From an uncultured Peptococcaceae bacterium (GTDB lineage Bacteria > Bacillota > Dehalobacteriia > UBA4068 > UBA4997): a stretch of DNA of 64,000 bases. The position numbers were made by a program, and so were the translations under genes. The stretch is taken from assembly GCA_964569265.1 (NCBI GenBank), contig CAZMTO010000004.1, forward strand, positions 5,988 through 69,987. Reading direction: 5' to 3'. Under the pieces are notes generated by a model. The model searched no databases. It had not been told where the DNA came from and saw only the letters and a program-made list of their open reading frames with translations. Positions 62,782 through 64,000 of this stretch are shown here, piece after piece (position 1 is the stretch's first letter; each line of letters begins with the position of its first letter).

Positions 62782-63420
62782 CTACTTATTAAGTTCTTTT
62801 AAAGTTTTGGTTATTTCATCTAATTTAGCCTGCAAATCGTCAATTTCCTGCTGAATAGGATCGGGCAGGTTAACCTGATCAAGCTCCCAGCTACGGTAAT
62901 TTTGCTGGTTATCCTCCGGCAGAATAACTGTACCGGGCACACCCACCACCGTAGCGTTAGGCGGCACCTCTTTAAGCACCACGGCATTGCCGCCAATGCG
63001 GGCGTTATCGCCCACCGTAAACGGCCCCAAAATTTTGGCACCTGCCCCCACCAAAACGTGGTTGCCCAAGGTAGGGTGGCGCTTGCCTTTATCTTTGCCG
63101 GTACCGCCCAGGGTAACCCCATGATAAATGTTGCAGTAATCGCCGATTTCGGCAGTTTCACCAATAACAATGCCCATACCGTGGTCTATAAACAGGCACT
63201 TGCCTATTTTGGCGCCGGGGTGAATTTCGATACCCGTTAACCAGCGGCTAAACTGCGATATAGCGCGTGCAAACGTCTTCATATGGTGTGTATGAAAAAA
63301 ATGAGCCAGCCTGTGCCAGCGCACAGCGTGATACCCCGGATACATAAACATCACCTGTAACGGGCCGGTGGCTGCGGGGTCTTGACCGGCAATATATTTA
63401 GCATCCTCCCAAAAGCTCAT
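62782..63420 (-). CDS. cysE: Serine O-acetyltransferase
   Basis: Hexapeptide-repeat left-handed beta-helix ([17 protein letters not shown]); AAAGGAG RBS. Confidence 0.9.
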   Translation of the reverse strand: MSFWEDAKYIAGQDPAATGPLQVMFMYPGYHAVRWHRLAHFFHTHHMKTFARAISQFSRWLTGIEIHPGAKIGKCLFIDHGMGIVIGETAEIGDYCNIYHGVTLGGTGKDKGKRHPTLGNHVLVGAGAKILGPFTVGDNARIGGNAVVLKEVPPNATVVGVPGTVILPEDNQQNYRSWELDQVNLPDPIQQEIDDLQAKLDEITKTLKELNK

Positions 63421-63465
63421 AGTTTGTATGCTCCTTTATTTTACATAAAGTTTTAATTTCTTCCT

Positions 63466-63517
63466 TATATATTGCTGATATATATTGCTGATATATATTG
63501 CTGATATATATTGCTGA
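63466..63517. repeat. Perfect tandem repeat, 4 x 13 bp (TATATATTGCTGA), in the cysE upstream region
   Basis: Seen directly in the sequence. Confidence 0.9.
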
Positions 63518-63859
63518 TTTTTATACTGCGGTTTGCATATTGTTAATTATATGCCGCAGGCATTGCCCACCCGCACAAAAAGCCAAAAACAACACGCATT
63601 ATTTTACCATATCCGGCGGCGCAAATCAATCTTGGCAGGCATTTTAGCCACACTATATATTATGTTGGTTGGTTAGCGGCGGCAACTGCCAAACACCACC
63701 GGCAAAACCGCCAGCAAAACCGCGCATACAACAGAAAATTAAAGCCAACAATATTATCATCAGCCAAAATAAAAGCTTTTTGTAAAATACCAAAAAATTT
63801 AGCAACTTTTACCACTTGCTAATAGCAAAATAATTATATATCATAATACTTGTTTGAAA

Positions 63860-63886
63860 TTAGCACTCAAAAGGCGAGAGTGCTAA
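63860..63886 (+). promoter_or_regulatory. CIRCE operator (HrcA binding site) of the groESL operon
   Basis: TTAGCACTC-N9-GAGTGCTAA perfect inverted repeat between a TTGCTA...TATCAT promoter and the groES RBS. Confidence 0.9.
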
Positions 63887-63945
63887 CAAACACAATCCAG
63901 TTAATCAAAGTTTTTGATACACATTAAATAAGGAGGAACCAAAAA

Positions 63946-64000
63946 TGATCAGACCGATTGGAGAACGTGTAGTAATTAGACCCGAACAAAAAGAAGCTAC
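63946..64000 (+). CDS. groES: Co-chaperonin GroES, 5' end (runs off the window)
   Basis: MIRPIGERVVIRPEQKEAT; AAGGAGG RBS; CIRCE upstream. Confidence 0.8.

Noticed and set aside
63421-63800. T-box leader upstream of cysE
   Set aside because: No AGGGUGGNACCGCG T-box sequence on the minus strand. The closest is GGGTGGGCAATGCC, which fails the ACCGCG half.

Overview
64 kb of a Gram-positive, Clostridia-like chromosome. The phylum-level call rests on SLH-domain proteins, a whiA-yvcK-rapZ cluster, a CIRCE operator before groES and a yybP-ykoY riboswitch. The backbone is conserved housekeeping: a minus-strand block uvrB-uvrA-uvrC-rapZ-yvcK-whiA followed by the canonical gap-pgk-tpiA-gpmI-eno glycolytic operon, then tsaA and a riboswitch-controlled terC. 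Also present are brnQ, mntP, cobQ, folD, cysE, pepF, cobB, two csp genes, tRNA-Leu(CAG) and the start of groES. Two accessory regions stand out. (1) ~10.0-20.1 kb is a sortase-dependent pilus island: a strong promoter with a structured terminator-ending leader, a coiled-coil protein, signal peptidase I, a 1446-aa LPSTG tip adhesin (eight H-x-H-x3-C-[YF] repeats, then a PA14-like domain), an LPSTG major pilin, a class C sortase, an LPQTG basal pilin and a second small sortase. (2) ~42.9-55.2 kb is a 12.2-kb block bounded by 63-bp direct repeats that duplicate the 3' end of pepF. It carries a 2373-aa Calx-beta-rich protein with three C-terminal SLH domains, a lipoprotein MBL-fold alkyl-sulfatase-like hydrolase and a two-component system (LytS/YesM-type kinase plus REC-SARP regulator), with no integrase. 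Upstream at 2.0-9.4 kb sits an ECF sigma / anti-sigma pair with a TGTAAC-N16-CGTC promoter, a MacAB-like ABC efflux trio and an SLH surface protein. Other non-coding signals: a dispersed composite repeat family at 3.5 kb and 35.8 kb, a ~270-nt orphan structured RNA candidate (62.37-62.64 kb, minus strand) with a consensus promoter and terminators, and small tandem repeats. No CRISPR array, transposase or integrase was found.
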